64,000 nt of DNA from Paraspadella gotoi (lineage: Eukaryota; Animalia; Chaetognatha): positions 15,414,963 to 15,478,962 of the forward strand of contig CM119265.1 in assembly GCA_051294375.1 (NCBI GenBank). The letters are read 5' to 3'. The position numbers were made by a program, and so were the translations under genes. The notes beneath the pieces were generated by a model. That model did not search any database. It was not told the origin of the DNA and saw only the letters and a list, made by a program, of their open reading frames with translations. This document shows, one piece after another, positions 11,226-24,605 of this stretch (positions are counted from its first letter, which is position 1; every line of letters starts with the position of its first letter).

Positions 11226-14200
11226 ATGCCGACTTCGTCCGACCCTTCGAATAGCTCGTCGACAGGTAAACCGCGTTGAACTGTGAACTGTACAGTTGTA
11301 CTATCGAATCGATCCTCCTGTTTCCTGAACCAGAAGGGGCGCCTGCCTGTTCCTCCGATGTTAGCGCTTACGTTTCTAAATCCGAGGATGTTGTGTCGAC
11401 GATCTCTGTCCATTCCTCGCCATTGCGTCGGGAAGATTGTCCCTCCATTTTCTCTTCCCACCCATCGAACGCATCCTCGTCCTCGCCGTCTTCGCCTTAC
11501 GCCACGTCGCAGATTTCCGTCGAGTTAAAGAGAACTACCTCTTCGGTTTCGGAGGCCGCGAGAGCGCAGGTAGAATTAATATATCAAAATCAATCAAATA
11601 TAGAAAATTAGCTAGGGAAATATAATCTCTCTTCAGTTATACTTTTTCGTTCTATGTATATGTACGTTTTACAAACTAGTAGGAATGAGTGTGGTATATC
11701 GTTGATAATTTGAATATTGTGCTGAAGTTACATATGTGGTCTTTTTATAGAGATTAGTAAAATTCTGCCATGTGGTGAATTATATTAATATTGTCGATTT
11801 AAAGATGAATTTACAGGGGTAGAACATATATCCGGACAAAAAAATGACAATGTTTTGAAATCATCCACAACGCCCTGTAGTAGCTTAAAGATTGAATTTG
11901 TTTTATTGCATATGAATGTTATAAGGTAGAAAAATCTTTTGGCACTCATTTCATAATTGTATCTCAAATCGTTAAGACAGTGCAGGACGTTAAGTTTTGT
12001 CCAAATATTTATTTATACGATTTTATTTGATCGTTTTTCAGATTCCGTCTTATCAAGAGGCAGTAGCGCGTCGTTGTGAAGATGGTTATCGGTCCCGACA
12101 ATCTACGGAAGTCTCCGTTTCTCGAAGCGCCTCCCTCCTTGACGCTGCACACGCCCACATCAGCGCATCCTGCAAAGACGCTGGAAAACCACCCGCGGCT
12201 CCGACAGGTTTTTTTCGAAAAATCTCGTTTAAATTTTGAATTTTTTATAAATCGTAATTTTAAAAACTTTTTCCGCTTTTTTATTCAGGATATTCCCCGT
12301 CCAAATACAGCCGTCCGTCTCCCTCCACGCCCCGCGCTATCTTTTATCAAAACGGCAACCGCCTCAGCAGTCAACCTCTTTCCTCGCGCGGATCTGCGGA
12401 TCCTCCAGTTTACCATCGCTGCTCCGCCGAACCGTCGCTGCACAACCGCTCTTCCCGGACTCCGCCTCCACAAGTGCCTCCCCCTCCAATTCCTCACCAC
12501 GGCGTTAACGGGTCAAGTGAAAGCAGCTCTGCACGAAAGGGACAGCCTCCAATGAAATTTCCGCCACCTCCGCCATATCCTCCGCCCCCGTTGAGGTAGT
12601 GGTTTTATTAAAATTAGATCTGAGTCAAATTATGGTACCTTTCGCATTATGATGTGCATTTTATGTGCGTATTAGCGAAAGCGATCGTTTTGTGTCCTCG
12701 TCCCACTCGACAACCCGCCGCCCATCCGATGCAAGCAGTGTCTACAGCGTTACTTCCGTCGGTAGTTTGGGGTCTCGGGCCGGAACGTCAGGTTCGTCGG
12801 CACTTAATCCCAGAGGACCTCCCGTTAATTTGGCTGCGTCTCTCCACAAAGCCGGCTTAATTCGGTGAGAAAATCGAATTCACCAAAGTCCATAATTATT
12901 TATGCTTCTGAATGTTTTATGTCTTATCTTTTCGGTACCTCAGGCCCGTCGCCTACAAACCCGTTATGACGCCAGCGAGTTTGGCCCCAGCACCTGCGCT
13001 GCCTAACGGACGTCCTCCATCCTGCCAATCGGCGCCACCTACAGATTATTTGTCGCCGGACGTCAAAAAAATGGACGAAATGATTCCAAATGCCTTCGTT
13101 CTCTTTAATGATGTGGAATATGAGGTAGTAACATGCATGTAATTAGTAGAGTTGAAATATTTTAAAGTGAACTAATAATATAACATAATTAATACGATTA
13201 ATGATTTTGTCTCAGGGACGCTTACACCGAAGTGCCAGTGAAGACCCTACCCCTAGATGTTCAAGTAGCCAGTCTCATCGGGGTAGCAAAACTAAAAACC
13301 GCAACGCCGACCTCGAAGAGAGGCTTAGGGAAAAGGACAAGGAAATTCAAAATTTAAGGGAAACAATGGAAAAGAACGAGAAAGTCATCATGCAAGTTTA
13401 CAATGAGAAGCAAAATTGGTGGGAGGAAGAAATGAATACCCTCGTTAAAGACCATCGAGTAAGGAGTGTGAATTTTTTAATTCAACTAATTTCTTTGATT
13501 TAAAAATGCTTTTCTATCCACTACCTAGGATAAAATTGGTATACAAAGATCTCGATCTGAAAAAATGGACGTAATGCTTACAAATCAAATTGGAGGCTTG
13601 AAGGTAAGCATTTTTAGAATATTTATTTCGGTTGCTGACTTTTTAAATGCGTTGTACCAATTTTATTAACAATCTCTATTTTTATTTTTTAATTAAGTAC
13701 AAAATAAATACAAGAAATTTTTACCTTCCTCTTTTTTCACTTAATCGTCTTAGGATGACATTAAAAAGTTACGCGACAACAAAGAACAGCTGGGTGACGA
13801 GATCGGCCTCGTAGAAGATAGACTTGCGGATCTGAAGCGTCAGTTGTCCGAAGTGAAAACGTCGGTATCAGAAACCACTTGGGAAGTGAAGCAGAAAAAC
13901 GGAGAAATATCACGCCTCAAAGTTCAATTAAAGGACGAGCTGAATGCCGGCAGGGAAGTTCAAAATCAGGTAAACCCTACCAGACATTTCAAACAACGAC
14001 TATATATGAAAATTTGCAAAATTATTTGTTTCACCATTTTCTATTTTTATGTTTCATAAAGGCTTTAATATTTATTATCTAATTTATTATTTAATATATA
14101 AAAAATTACTAGATTACTTGTTTTACTATATTATACTAAATGTTATTCTGAAATTTTAAATTTAATACATTTATTACTTTTTTAAATTTTTTTAAAACAT

Positions 14201-17200
14201 TTTTGATAATGTGATACGTAAAAGCTACTTATTATAATCTTAATTTTGAATGTTTTTTCTTATATAATTTGTCTTCATATGCTTTCAGTACTTATCATTT
14301 ATAGGTCATGGGACTGAGAGTACAGCTGAAAGACTGCAATCAGGACGTTGAGGATAAGGAAAATCAAATCAATGGAATCAAAGTTATGATGGATTCCACA
14401 GCCAAACGGATTGACATCTTAAAGGTTCGTCTACTATTCCTATATTTTTTTTTTCAAAATAGCTATTTGTGATATTTGAAATTTCCAGACTTTCGAAATT
14501 TCTTTTCCTTTTTCTGTGCGTTTTTTAAAAAAAATATAAGAATTTTTAGTCTGAAATAAAGTGGCGTGATTTTTTTGCACGTGTTGAATGTTGAATGTTG
14601 AATCAGTTCATGAAAATATACCACTTTATTGATAGAGAAACCTGGTACTCCGGAAGTTAATAATTAATACTTTAAGAGAGTTTTGTGTATTGTGTAAGCT
14701 TGCCAGGTCCAGCTATTATTGTTTTGTAGGAGGGATGGAGGCCTTAACCCACCTGAGCCTCGCCAAAGTAGGAGCCGTCCCACTTCTATGCCGCCTCCGG
14801 GAAAAAATACCCTCCGTCTCCCCTCCCCTTGCGAAAAGTCTCTTCAGTGAAATGTTGGCAGAAAGTTCGACAAATTGAGGCATGTCCATTGTTCAAGTGT
14901 TGCTGTTGTGGTTGTTTTCAGGATAAGGGCCCACCAATGAATAAATTAATTTTTATGAATTAATGAACTAAACCGTTCATATTTTAGCTAGACTTCGGAT
15001 TAGGTGGGTTAAACGGTTAAGCGGCAACTGGGCTGGAACCACGAATCTTTTGGTTGGGAGGCGAATAACTTAGTTTTTAAGTCGCCACTTTTTTAATGAA
15101 TTGCTTTTTTCATTCTAATCTTTAAATTTTACCGTTCACAGAACGAATGTCAAGAGTTGGACGAGAAAGAAAAAATGGAAGAACAGAAGGCAAGGAAAGT
15201 TGCCAGTGACACCGTTTCCATTAATGAAGAGATGAGAAAACTGAGAGAAATGTAAGCAACTTTTAGCCTGAAGGATTATTACTTTATTAATAAAATTTTT
15301 TTTATATTTTATAAAAGAATGTCACAAGTCGGTAGACCTGTCTTCGGCTAGTTTTTTTTTTTTTTTCTTTAAAAGTTCCAATTTCTGTTTTAATAAAGGT
15401 TTGACGCGAACGAGAGTATGATGGAGGATCAGAGAAAAGGATGGATTGAAGAGAAAGCTCGTCTCATAATATTTCAAAAGCAACTGCAGCTGAATTACAT
15501 TCAGGTGGTACCGAGTACAATGTTAATGTTAAATTTAATTTTTTTTTTCTCAAAGTGAATGTATTGCTCACTAGATGACACAAAGAACGAATTCTCTGGA
15601 CGCCGAAATGCATCAGCTTATGACCGCTTTACGCACATTAGGCCATGAGGTGAGTAATCTAAATAGCTTCGAATTATATTTGTAGTAAAGTTAATATGTA
15701 TATATATATGACTTTTTTTAAAAATAAAATATGAACTGTCAAAAAAAAAAGTTCATCATACTATAATTTAGCCAATGGCCTTCTTAGAATAGAAAGCGAC
15801 TAGAATTCAGCAGGGGTGTCTTATCTGAGACACTCAGATAAGATACCCCTGCTCAATTCTTGTCGCTTTCTCGTGGCTTTCTTTCGGCCGAAAACCTCGA
15901 TCAGAATCATTTTTAAAGAAAAGATCGGCCGTCTGGAACCGTAGTTTTTACGGATCCAACATTTATTCGATATTTAATTGATTTGCCATGGATTTATCTC
16001 TACGAAAATACAAATAATTCGCAATTTATTCTACATTTTTCGACATTTTCTTTACGCTTCGAGATTTAGTAAGATACTACGAAATCCTTGCTCCTTGTCT
16101 AAACCTGTTCATCCGACGGCCGACGCCTCGAACGCGCGACCCCGCAGGCATAGAAAATATTTAAAAAATTCTAGTTTTGGTCTATATCTTTCCCAACTAT
16201 CTTTGACGCAGTACTATTAAGTTGTTTACATATCTTTGCTTGCTTCTTGTTGTTCTAGCCTGTTGTTTGCTAAGTTTGCTTGCCACGTGCTTTTACACTC
16301 TCATCGGTTTTCTCCTCGACAAAACTTGCTTCGTCATCTTGATCGAGCCCCAAATTTGGATTCGGAAGAGGAAGAGGATCGAAATTTTCCTCCTTCAACC
16401 GGAAGCACTTCCGACTCAATTTGAATTTTGCTCCAACCGATTTGTTCTCTGCGCAAAACCCGACAGGCGGGATATGTGATTACTCTTTCCAAAGAATTTT
16501 TTCTTAAAATCACGCGACAAAAAAGTAAATAAACATTAGGACTTTCAAATTCGCTTCATCGAGTTTAGATCACGAATTTTTCCTTAAAAGTCCGAAAAGT
16601 TTTTCTATCCACGAGGTTAAAGTTGGACCTTGAATCAGCTTGCGTGTCTCCTGTCTACGCGGGAATATCATTTCAATCATGCCATACCATCTTCCTTGAT
16701 TCTTGATCATCGATGTGGACGTTTTGTGATTTAAAAACTGAAAAATTATGAAAAGACTATTTTAGTCGATATGGCAGAGTCTGATTTCGCGATCCCACCG
16801 GAAACTGAAGGTTCTTCCTTCGAACTTAACCTGCTTTTTGACGATGACTCAGGAATTAAAAACTTGTCCGATAATGATCAGTATCTTTACCTGGACAAAA
16901 TCGACACGGGTTGTTTCGCCATCGACGTCGATAAGGAAGCAGAAAAGCAAAATAACTACGTTCACAAACACATTAAAAAGCTGGAAAAGAGACAGCGTCG
17001 TTACTCCGATGAAACTTGCTTTCACCGATTACCCGTCGTGGGTCAGTGCTTGCGCGGATGGCAGATAAGTCGTGAACGCTGTGCTAAAATCAAAACGTTT
17101 AACACTGAAAAGGGTCAAAAGGTGCGCGTTTTCGAATATGAAGGTCAGTGCTTAACTTCGTCCCGTCAATTGCTGCGAAAAGTTTTCGTCGCCAACTTGC

Positions 17201-20200
17201 TCGAGAAAAACGGAGATCGAAGGGTCGCGGTTAAAAGAATCCCTTTCGCTGACAAACTTCATCTTACCTCGTTACTTACTGAAGTTCAAATCCTTCATCG
17301 TCTCTCTGAAAATCCACATCCAAACATCGCGCGGCTCTTGGATTATTTCGTCGATCAAAAACGATGCTTTTTGTACATTGTTATGCCTCTTTACGACTGC
17401 ACCCTAAGTGATGTATTCTTCGCGCGTTTTTTGTCTAAAAAGGAAATGGACAAGCCTATGACAATTGAGGATGATCTCAATCCCACCGGGTTCTCGACCA
17501 ATTTCGACGTTTATCGAAAGTGGAGCGCAAAAAAAGTTATCGAATTAATGAGCGGAAGGGAAATGATCTCCTCATTACTTGAAGCGCTCTCCTATTTACA
17601 TGAAACTTCTCAAGGACAAAAAGTCGTTCACCGCGATACTAAACCATCTAATGTGTTCTTCAAGATTGACCAAGAAAGAAAAACTTGTCGTCTATTGCTA
17701 GGTGATTTTGGTATTGCCAAGGCTATTAATGTTTCTCGGGACGTCACAACTACCGATCCAACTAAAGGAACCCCTCTCTACAGAGATCCTGAGATCGAAG
17801 CGGTAAACAAATTGCGACATACTGTTTCATATGAAACTCTTCTCCGAGGCGATGTTTGGTCGACTGGGGTTTTGATTTTTCAGATCTGGCATAATGGCAT
17901 GCATCCTTTTGCAGAAGATAATACTGAAAATGAAGATGTAACTTTTGCAAACATGGTTCACCACAAACCAGTCGCCCTTATCGGTTCTCATGACGAATTG
18001 AGAAAGAATCTTATTTGGTCAATGATTGTCAGAGAGGGTCGCCTACGACCTACGTTAGACATGGTCAAACAGCATCCCTACTTCAAATCCCCTGCAATAC
18101 TGATGGATTTTCTTCGCCAGTTCACTGAAGTCATGGGAAGTTGTCAGATTGAAGTACCTCTGGAATTAAAGCAAAAGTTTGAAGAGGGACGTCATTTTGT
18201 GTTTGCCGGGAATTCTTCAGACTACGACACCTATGGTCGAAATGAAACTGAACCAAACTTGAATTGGAAGAACAGGTTGTCCCCGAAGGCAAAAAGTTTG
18301 TACTTTGAGATCAATGAACACTCTCTTAAAGAACGTAGAAAGACACGCGAGCTGCTCTCAGATGGATCTCACATTGTGAATACATACAAAGTCGAAAAAA
18401 TGATAGGGTTAGCTCGATTCTTGCGAAACTTTGATCAGCACCACACTCATTACAAATCAATGTGCATCGCTATTTTTGGTCGTCCAGATCCTTCTAAGCA
18501 TGAAATGGTTAAGTTTATCAACTCTGAGTTTCCTTTATTTTTTATTCATACTATTAGCTTTGCCGCTTACCATCTCAAAGAATTCCTTTCTCTCTCTACC
18601 CAACTTCTTAGCATGATAACGTTTGACCTTCGCGTTTTTGCTTCAGCTTATTACAACTACCTCCATGTCTTATCAAAAGACGAAGGTCTTTATGAACGGT
18701 TGAAAACTAAGTTCAATTATCCGAATGAATGGAGATCCGACATGTCTTCAAGCAAAAAAATTAGTTGTGATACTAATAAAATACTGAACGTTACGCAACA
18801 AGAGGAGATAGAAATCAAAGATGAGCAATGGTATTTCGGGCACATCAAACTGGAACAAGCAGAGGAATTACTAATGATGAGAAGAAACCCTAATGGTGCT
18901 TTTCTTGTGCGACGAAGTCAAAAACGTGAAAATCAACTCTCACTTTCAGTCCGGGTTAATGGAGTCGGAGCAAACGATAGCGATATAGTCGTGCATTATG
19001 CATTATACAAAACTATGAAAGGATTTTACATTTACGAAGACTTTTATGCGGATTCTGTGATGTCATTAGTCAATTATTATCAGAAAACTCCGATTTACGA
19101 TAAACAATTACGAAACGTCATATTAAGTCAATCCTGTCTTCAATTTAGTCGAAAAGTTGGAACTGCTCATATTAGTAATGAAGACTAGACGTTTCATTTG
19201 TAATTCTTGTTTTCAATTTTTCTGATTTATTTGCCAAATTAAAATCAATTTTATTTTTTAATATTATGTTGTTTTTTTTCTTTCTATTTAATAGACATAA
19301 ATAATTATGAGTTGGTGACAGAACCGTTCAATATAAGCAGTCCCTGAGCTTCGGATCAGGCTGTAAAACTGTTTTACAGGTGGATTAAGCGCCCTTTCCC
19401 TCTTAATTGCTAGGCGGCCACCGGGCTAGAACCCCGGACCTTTGTGTTGGGAGGCGAATGACTTGCCTCCTGCACCAATGACCGCTAATGAACGGTTGGT
19501 GGTTTTTAGTTCACCATACTATGAGATTTTATCGATAGTTGTCGGTTTCAAAAAATATATTAATAGAATCATTATGTAACTAATGTATAAATTGTACACT
19601 TTTAAATATATTGAAAAGCGGGGTTAACTTAAATTATCTTGATAGGTGGAAATTGATTGGTCTCATGGAGTAAACGGCTCTGATAGGCAAGCTGATTCTA
19701 CCTCACCAACTATAACAAGTATGTATACTTAGAATAGGGGTAGCCGAACTCAGTGGTGTGAATCAAAAATTTAGAGAGTACATGTTCAAACGAAAATTTT
19801 AAGTATACTTTTAATGAACAAAAAATTTCTCATGGCTCTATACCCTAGTAATTATTTTTTTAATATTTATAGGATAGGCCTAAACTTTTTTTTAAATTTT
19901 AAAACCAGATTCAGATAGCTCATAAAAAGTTGTATACACAAAGTATAATTCTTTTTTAAATATTTTTATGATAAGTTAATCAAAAATAATAAAAACCGTA
20001 ATAAATTGTTATCATCTTTCGATAATTTTATCGGTTTTTTTAGATTTTTTACTGAGAAAACCTAAGAATTTTTAAAAGCTGTAATTATAGTAGAAAAAAA
20101 CAAAGTTTTAATGATGTTTACAACGAATTTGTTTTTATTAAAATGGACATGTTTCGGCTTGTGAATTCAAGCTTTCTTCAGGGTTTTTACAATTAATTAC

Positions 20201-20705
20201 AAAATTGTAAAAACGCTGAGGAAGGTTTGAATTCACAAGCCGAAACATGTCCGTTTTAATAAAAACAAATTTGTTGTAAACATCATTAAAACTTGTTTTC
20301 TATTATCAAACTAACAACAAAAAAGAAAGGATATTACATCAAAGCTGTAATTATATTTCTTGTTTAACTTTTTATTCTCTATCAGAATCCATCAAAAAAT
20401 TTTAAGATTTCAAAAAAAAATTTTCTTTGTATAGTAATATAATAATTTTAATTAGGAATGTACCCTCAGAAAAATTCATTTTTGACAAAAAATATTTTAA
20501 ATATTGTATACATTAGCATTTAAATTTCATCGGCGATGGCTACTTAGCAACTATATAATTTTTATTTGTTAATTTTCGTTAGAGAGAAAACAAAATTTTC
20601 GTCATTACAAGTGAATTTAAAAATAAATCGGACATGTTTCGACTCTTATGTTTTTGCGAGTCTTTATCAGCAAGTGAATCAATAACTGTTTAGTTTCACA
20701 AACAT

Positions 20706-20743
<38 letters not shown>

Positions 20744-21561
20744 GAGAGTTTTCCAACAAAGATTTGAGTAAGGGCAGGCTTATCAGGTCATAGGGATATT
20801 CAAGTGGCACTTGGCATCTTTCCAGGCGGATCACTACCTTGTCCCACTCCACCACAATATCCTCTCAGCCCATGACAGGCCCAGGGGGGGCAACTCATCT
20901 TGAGCTCTTTCTTATCTTATCATCTTATTTATCCCTTATTACTTATTTTCTATTTTTCTATTTCACTTTCTTTATTTCAAACTTATAAACTTTCATCAAT
21001 TTATTAATCTTTGTTAAATTTTTAGTTTTTCTTAATTTATCATTATTGTACATTGCCTGATGTATTGATTTTTGTCTCTCTCTCTCTCTCCTTTCACCAT
21101 TTTCATATTCATTTACTTTCTCATTCCCTGTCCTCACCTTCACCTGTCCTTACATCTGACCACTATCCCTTACTAAATTCTTTGTTGGAGAACTCTCTCT
21201 TTCTCTCTCTTTCTCTCTCTCTCCAAAACTAACGTTTGTGAAACTAAGCAGTAATTGATTCACTTTCTGATGAAGACTCGCAACATGTCGAAACATGTCC
21301 GAATTATTATTAAATTCACTTGTAATGACGAAAATTTCCTTTTCTCTCTAAACTTCTATATAAACAACAAAAAGAAAGTTCGAATACAATGTTAATTTTC
21401 TTTTATATTTTCCAGCATGTATTACTCCAAATACCGGAGTTCAACTGTTACCACTTCCATTGGATGAAGTTTGGGGATCTTCGCAGAATATGAACGAAGA
21501 TAGTGATCATATGAGTAATTCCATTTCCAACTCTGATTCACAGACAACCACTATATGCTGA
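11226..21561 (+). CDS. LZTS/N4BP3 (Fez1-domain) family coiled-coil protein, multi-exon
   Basis: Family motifs GLIRPVAYKPV, VSETTWEVKQKNGEISRLKVQLKD and WIEEKARLIIFQKQLQLNYIQM, plus a PPPPYPPP PY motif. Approximate exons: 11226-11265, 11334-11569, 12042-12207, 12289-12595, ~12675-12864, 12943-13124, 13216-13458, 13529-13602, 13754-13969, 14305-14424, 15142-15251, 15399-15505, 15575-15649, 19646-19718, 21416-21561. The protein ends ..SQTTTIC*. The N-terminal exons are less certain. Confidence 0.8.
15791..15871. other. Near-perfect 81-nt inverted repeat (39-bp stem, 3-nt loop)
   Basis: AGAAAGCGACTAGAATTCAGCAGGGGTGTCTTATCTGAG-aca-CTCAGATAAGATACCCCTGCTCAATTCTTGTCGCTTTCT. Three non-Watson-Crick positions, one of them a G-U wobble. 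Confidence 0.9.
16771..19188 (+). CDS. Intronless protein kinase - KEN (IRE1/RNase L-type ribonuclease) - SH2 protein, nested in an LZTS intron
   Basis: 805-aa ORF. Kinase motifs VAVK155, HRDTKPSN (287-294), DFG (312), GTPLYRDPE, DVWSTG and HPYF. KEN-like NWKNRLS...Y539KVEKMIGLARFLR552N553FDQH557...FINSEFP. SH2 W687YFGHI..AEELL..NPNGAFLVR714RS..LSLSVR..VVHY..LVNYYQ. Confidence 0.9.
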   Translation: MAESDFAIPPETEGSSFELNLLFDDDSGIKNLSDNDQYLYLDKIDTGCFAIDVDKEAEKQNNYVHKHIKKLEKRQRRYSDETCFHRLPVVGQCLRGWQISRERCAKIKTFNTEKGQKVRVFEYEGQCLTSSRQLLRKVFVANLLEKNGDRRVAVKRIPFADKLHLTSLLTEVQILHRLSENPHPNIARLLDYFVDQKRCFLYIVMPLYDCTLSDVFFARFLSKKEMDKPMTIEDDLNPTGFSTNFDVYRKWSAKKVIELMSGREMISSLLEALSYLHETSQGQKVVHRDTKPSNVFFKIDQERKTCRLLLGDFGIAKAINVSRDVTTTDPTKGTPLYRDPEIEAVNKLRHTVSYETLLRGDVWSTGVLIFQIWHNGMHPFAEDNTENEDVTFANMVHHKPVALIGSHDELRKNLIWSMIVREGRLRPTLDMVKQHPYFKSPAILMDFLRQFTEVMGSCQIEVPLELKQKFEEGRHFVFAGNSSDYDTYGRNETEPNLNWKNRLSPKAKSLYFEINEHSLKERRKTRELLSDGSHIVNTYKVEKMIGLARFLRNFDQHHTHYKSMCIAIFGRPDPSKHEMVKFINSEFPLFFIHTISFAAYHLKEFLSLSTQLLSMITFDLRVFASAYYNYLHVLSKDEGLYERLKTKFNYPNEWRSDMSSSKKISCDTNKILNVTQQEEIEIKDEQWYFGHIKLEQAEELLMMRRNPNGAFLVRRSQKRENQLSLSVRVNGVGANDSDIVVHYALYKTMKGFYIYEDFYADSVMSLVNYYQKTPIYDKQLRNVILSQSCLQFSRKVGTAHISNED
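19303..19480 (-). mobile_element. tRNA-derived SINE (same family as 30300-30478; degenerate copy at about 14960-15072)
   Basis: The reverse complement matches the copy at 30300: GTGCAGGAGGCAAGTCATTCGCCTCCCAAC..AAAGGTC.GGG.TTC.AGCCCGG, body ..TACAGCCTGAT.CGAAGCTCAGGG..TTGAACGGTT..AACTCATAA. Confidence 0.75.
20090..20340. mobile_element. Miniature Penelope-like fold-back (inverted pLTR pair) with hammerhead ribozyme motifs
   Basis: Inverted arms of about 100 bp, an AACAACAAAAAAGAAAG tail, and a 15-bp TSD AAAGCTGTAATTATA at 20075-20089 and 20341-20355. Confidence 0.85.
20210..20257 (+). ncRNA. Minimal type I hammerhead ribozyme motif
   Basis: Stem I AAAACG/CGTTTT, core CTGAGGA plus an extra A, stem II GGTTTG/CAAGCC, GAAA, palindromic stem III ACATGT, and predicted cleavage after GTC (20251). 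Confidence 0.75.
20578..21389 (+). mobile_element. Non-autonomous Penelope-like element: inverted pLTRs with hammerhead motifs around a non-coding core
   Basis: Inverted ends (AGAGAGAAAA..CGTCATTACAAGTGAATTTAA..GGACATGTTTCGAC). Hammerhead cores at ~20628-20672 (minus strand, CTGATAAA variant) and 21267-21299 (plus strand, CTGATGAA GAC..GTC GAAA CATGTC). TSD TGTTAATTTTC at 20567-20577 and 21390-21400. The core resembles the reverse complement of 48600-49030. Confidence 0.8.
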
Positions 21562-22223
21562 GGGGTAGTAAAAAGTGCAATTTTAACAATGTGCCTTATT
21601 CAGTATATTGATGCTTTTGCGGAACAGAATCACTCTTTAATCTTTATATTATAATTCGTGCCTTATTACCACTTTCGCAACGTACTTATGTAACCGATAG
21701 TTTTGTTTTCTCATTTATGTTTTAGCATTTTTATATTTGTATTATCTTTCAAAATAGTTAACGTTCACTCTATAAGTAGATTTTTTATGTCTCTTAAACT
21801 TGTGTGCCTTTTTTTACAGTACATAAACGAATAAATTTGAACAGTGGATAGAAATAACGCGGAAAACTAGGATCTTTCACATTATTAAGCTGCGACCAAG
21901 ATTGCGAGATTCCTTCGCAATAGTCAGTAGCTCTTCGCCAGCTCGCTTAAAGATAACCTGCACCATTGGTCAATCGCATATTTAGTAAATAATAAACTCG
22001 TTATCATGAACTTTTTCAAATTTTTTTGCCGTCACTTGAAGTTCAAGCTGGTTTTTATATTTCCATCTTTCACTTTATAACTACCAATTTGACAGAGACC
22101 ACGTTTCGTTAGGATTTTTTACCACCCAAAAACAGCGACAATTTTTAACAGGGTTCTACATATTTAATGATTTTAAACTTTGTTTTATTTACTAACAGCA
22201 TATCTAAAATAGAGGTTAAAAAA

Positions 22224-24605
<2,382 letters not shown>

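Noticed and set aside
16222-16479. Short ORFs upstream of the kinase, one hydrophobic (possible TM/signal exon)
   Set aside because: They have non-ATG starts and no clear phase-compatible donor to 16766. They cannot be supported as coding, though RNA data should be checked because a TM exon would change the interpretation of the kinase.
19482-19518. 37-bp motif CCGCTRATGAACGGTTGGTGG.TTTTAGT.CACCAT shared with 58439-58475, each near an intronless gene
   Set aside because: Most simply a fragment of another interspersed repeat. It has a CTGATGA-like start but no GAAA core, so it is not a hammerhead, and two instances do not establish a link.
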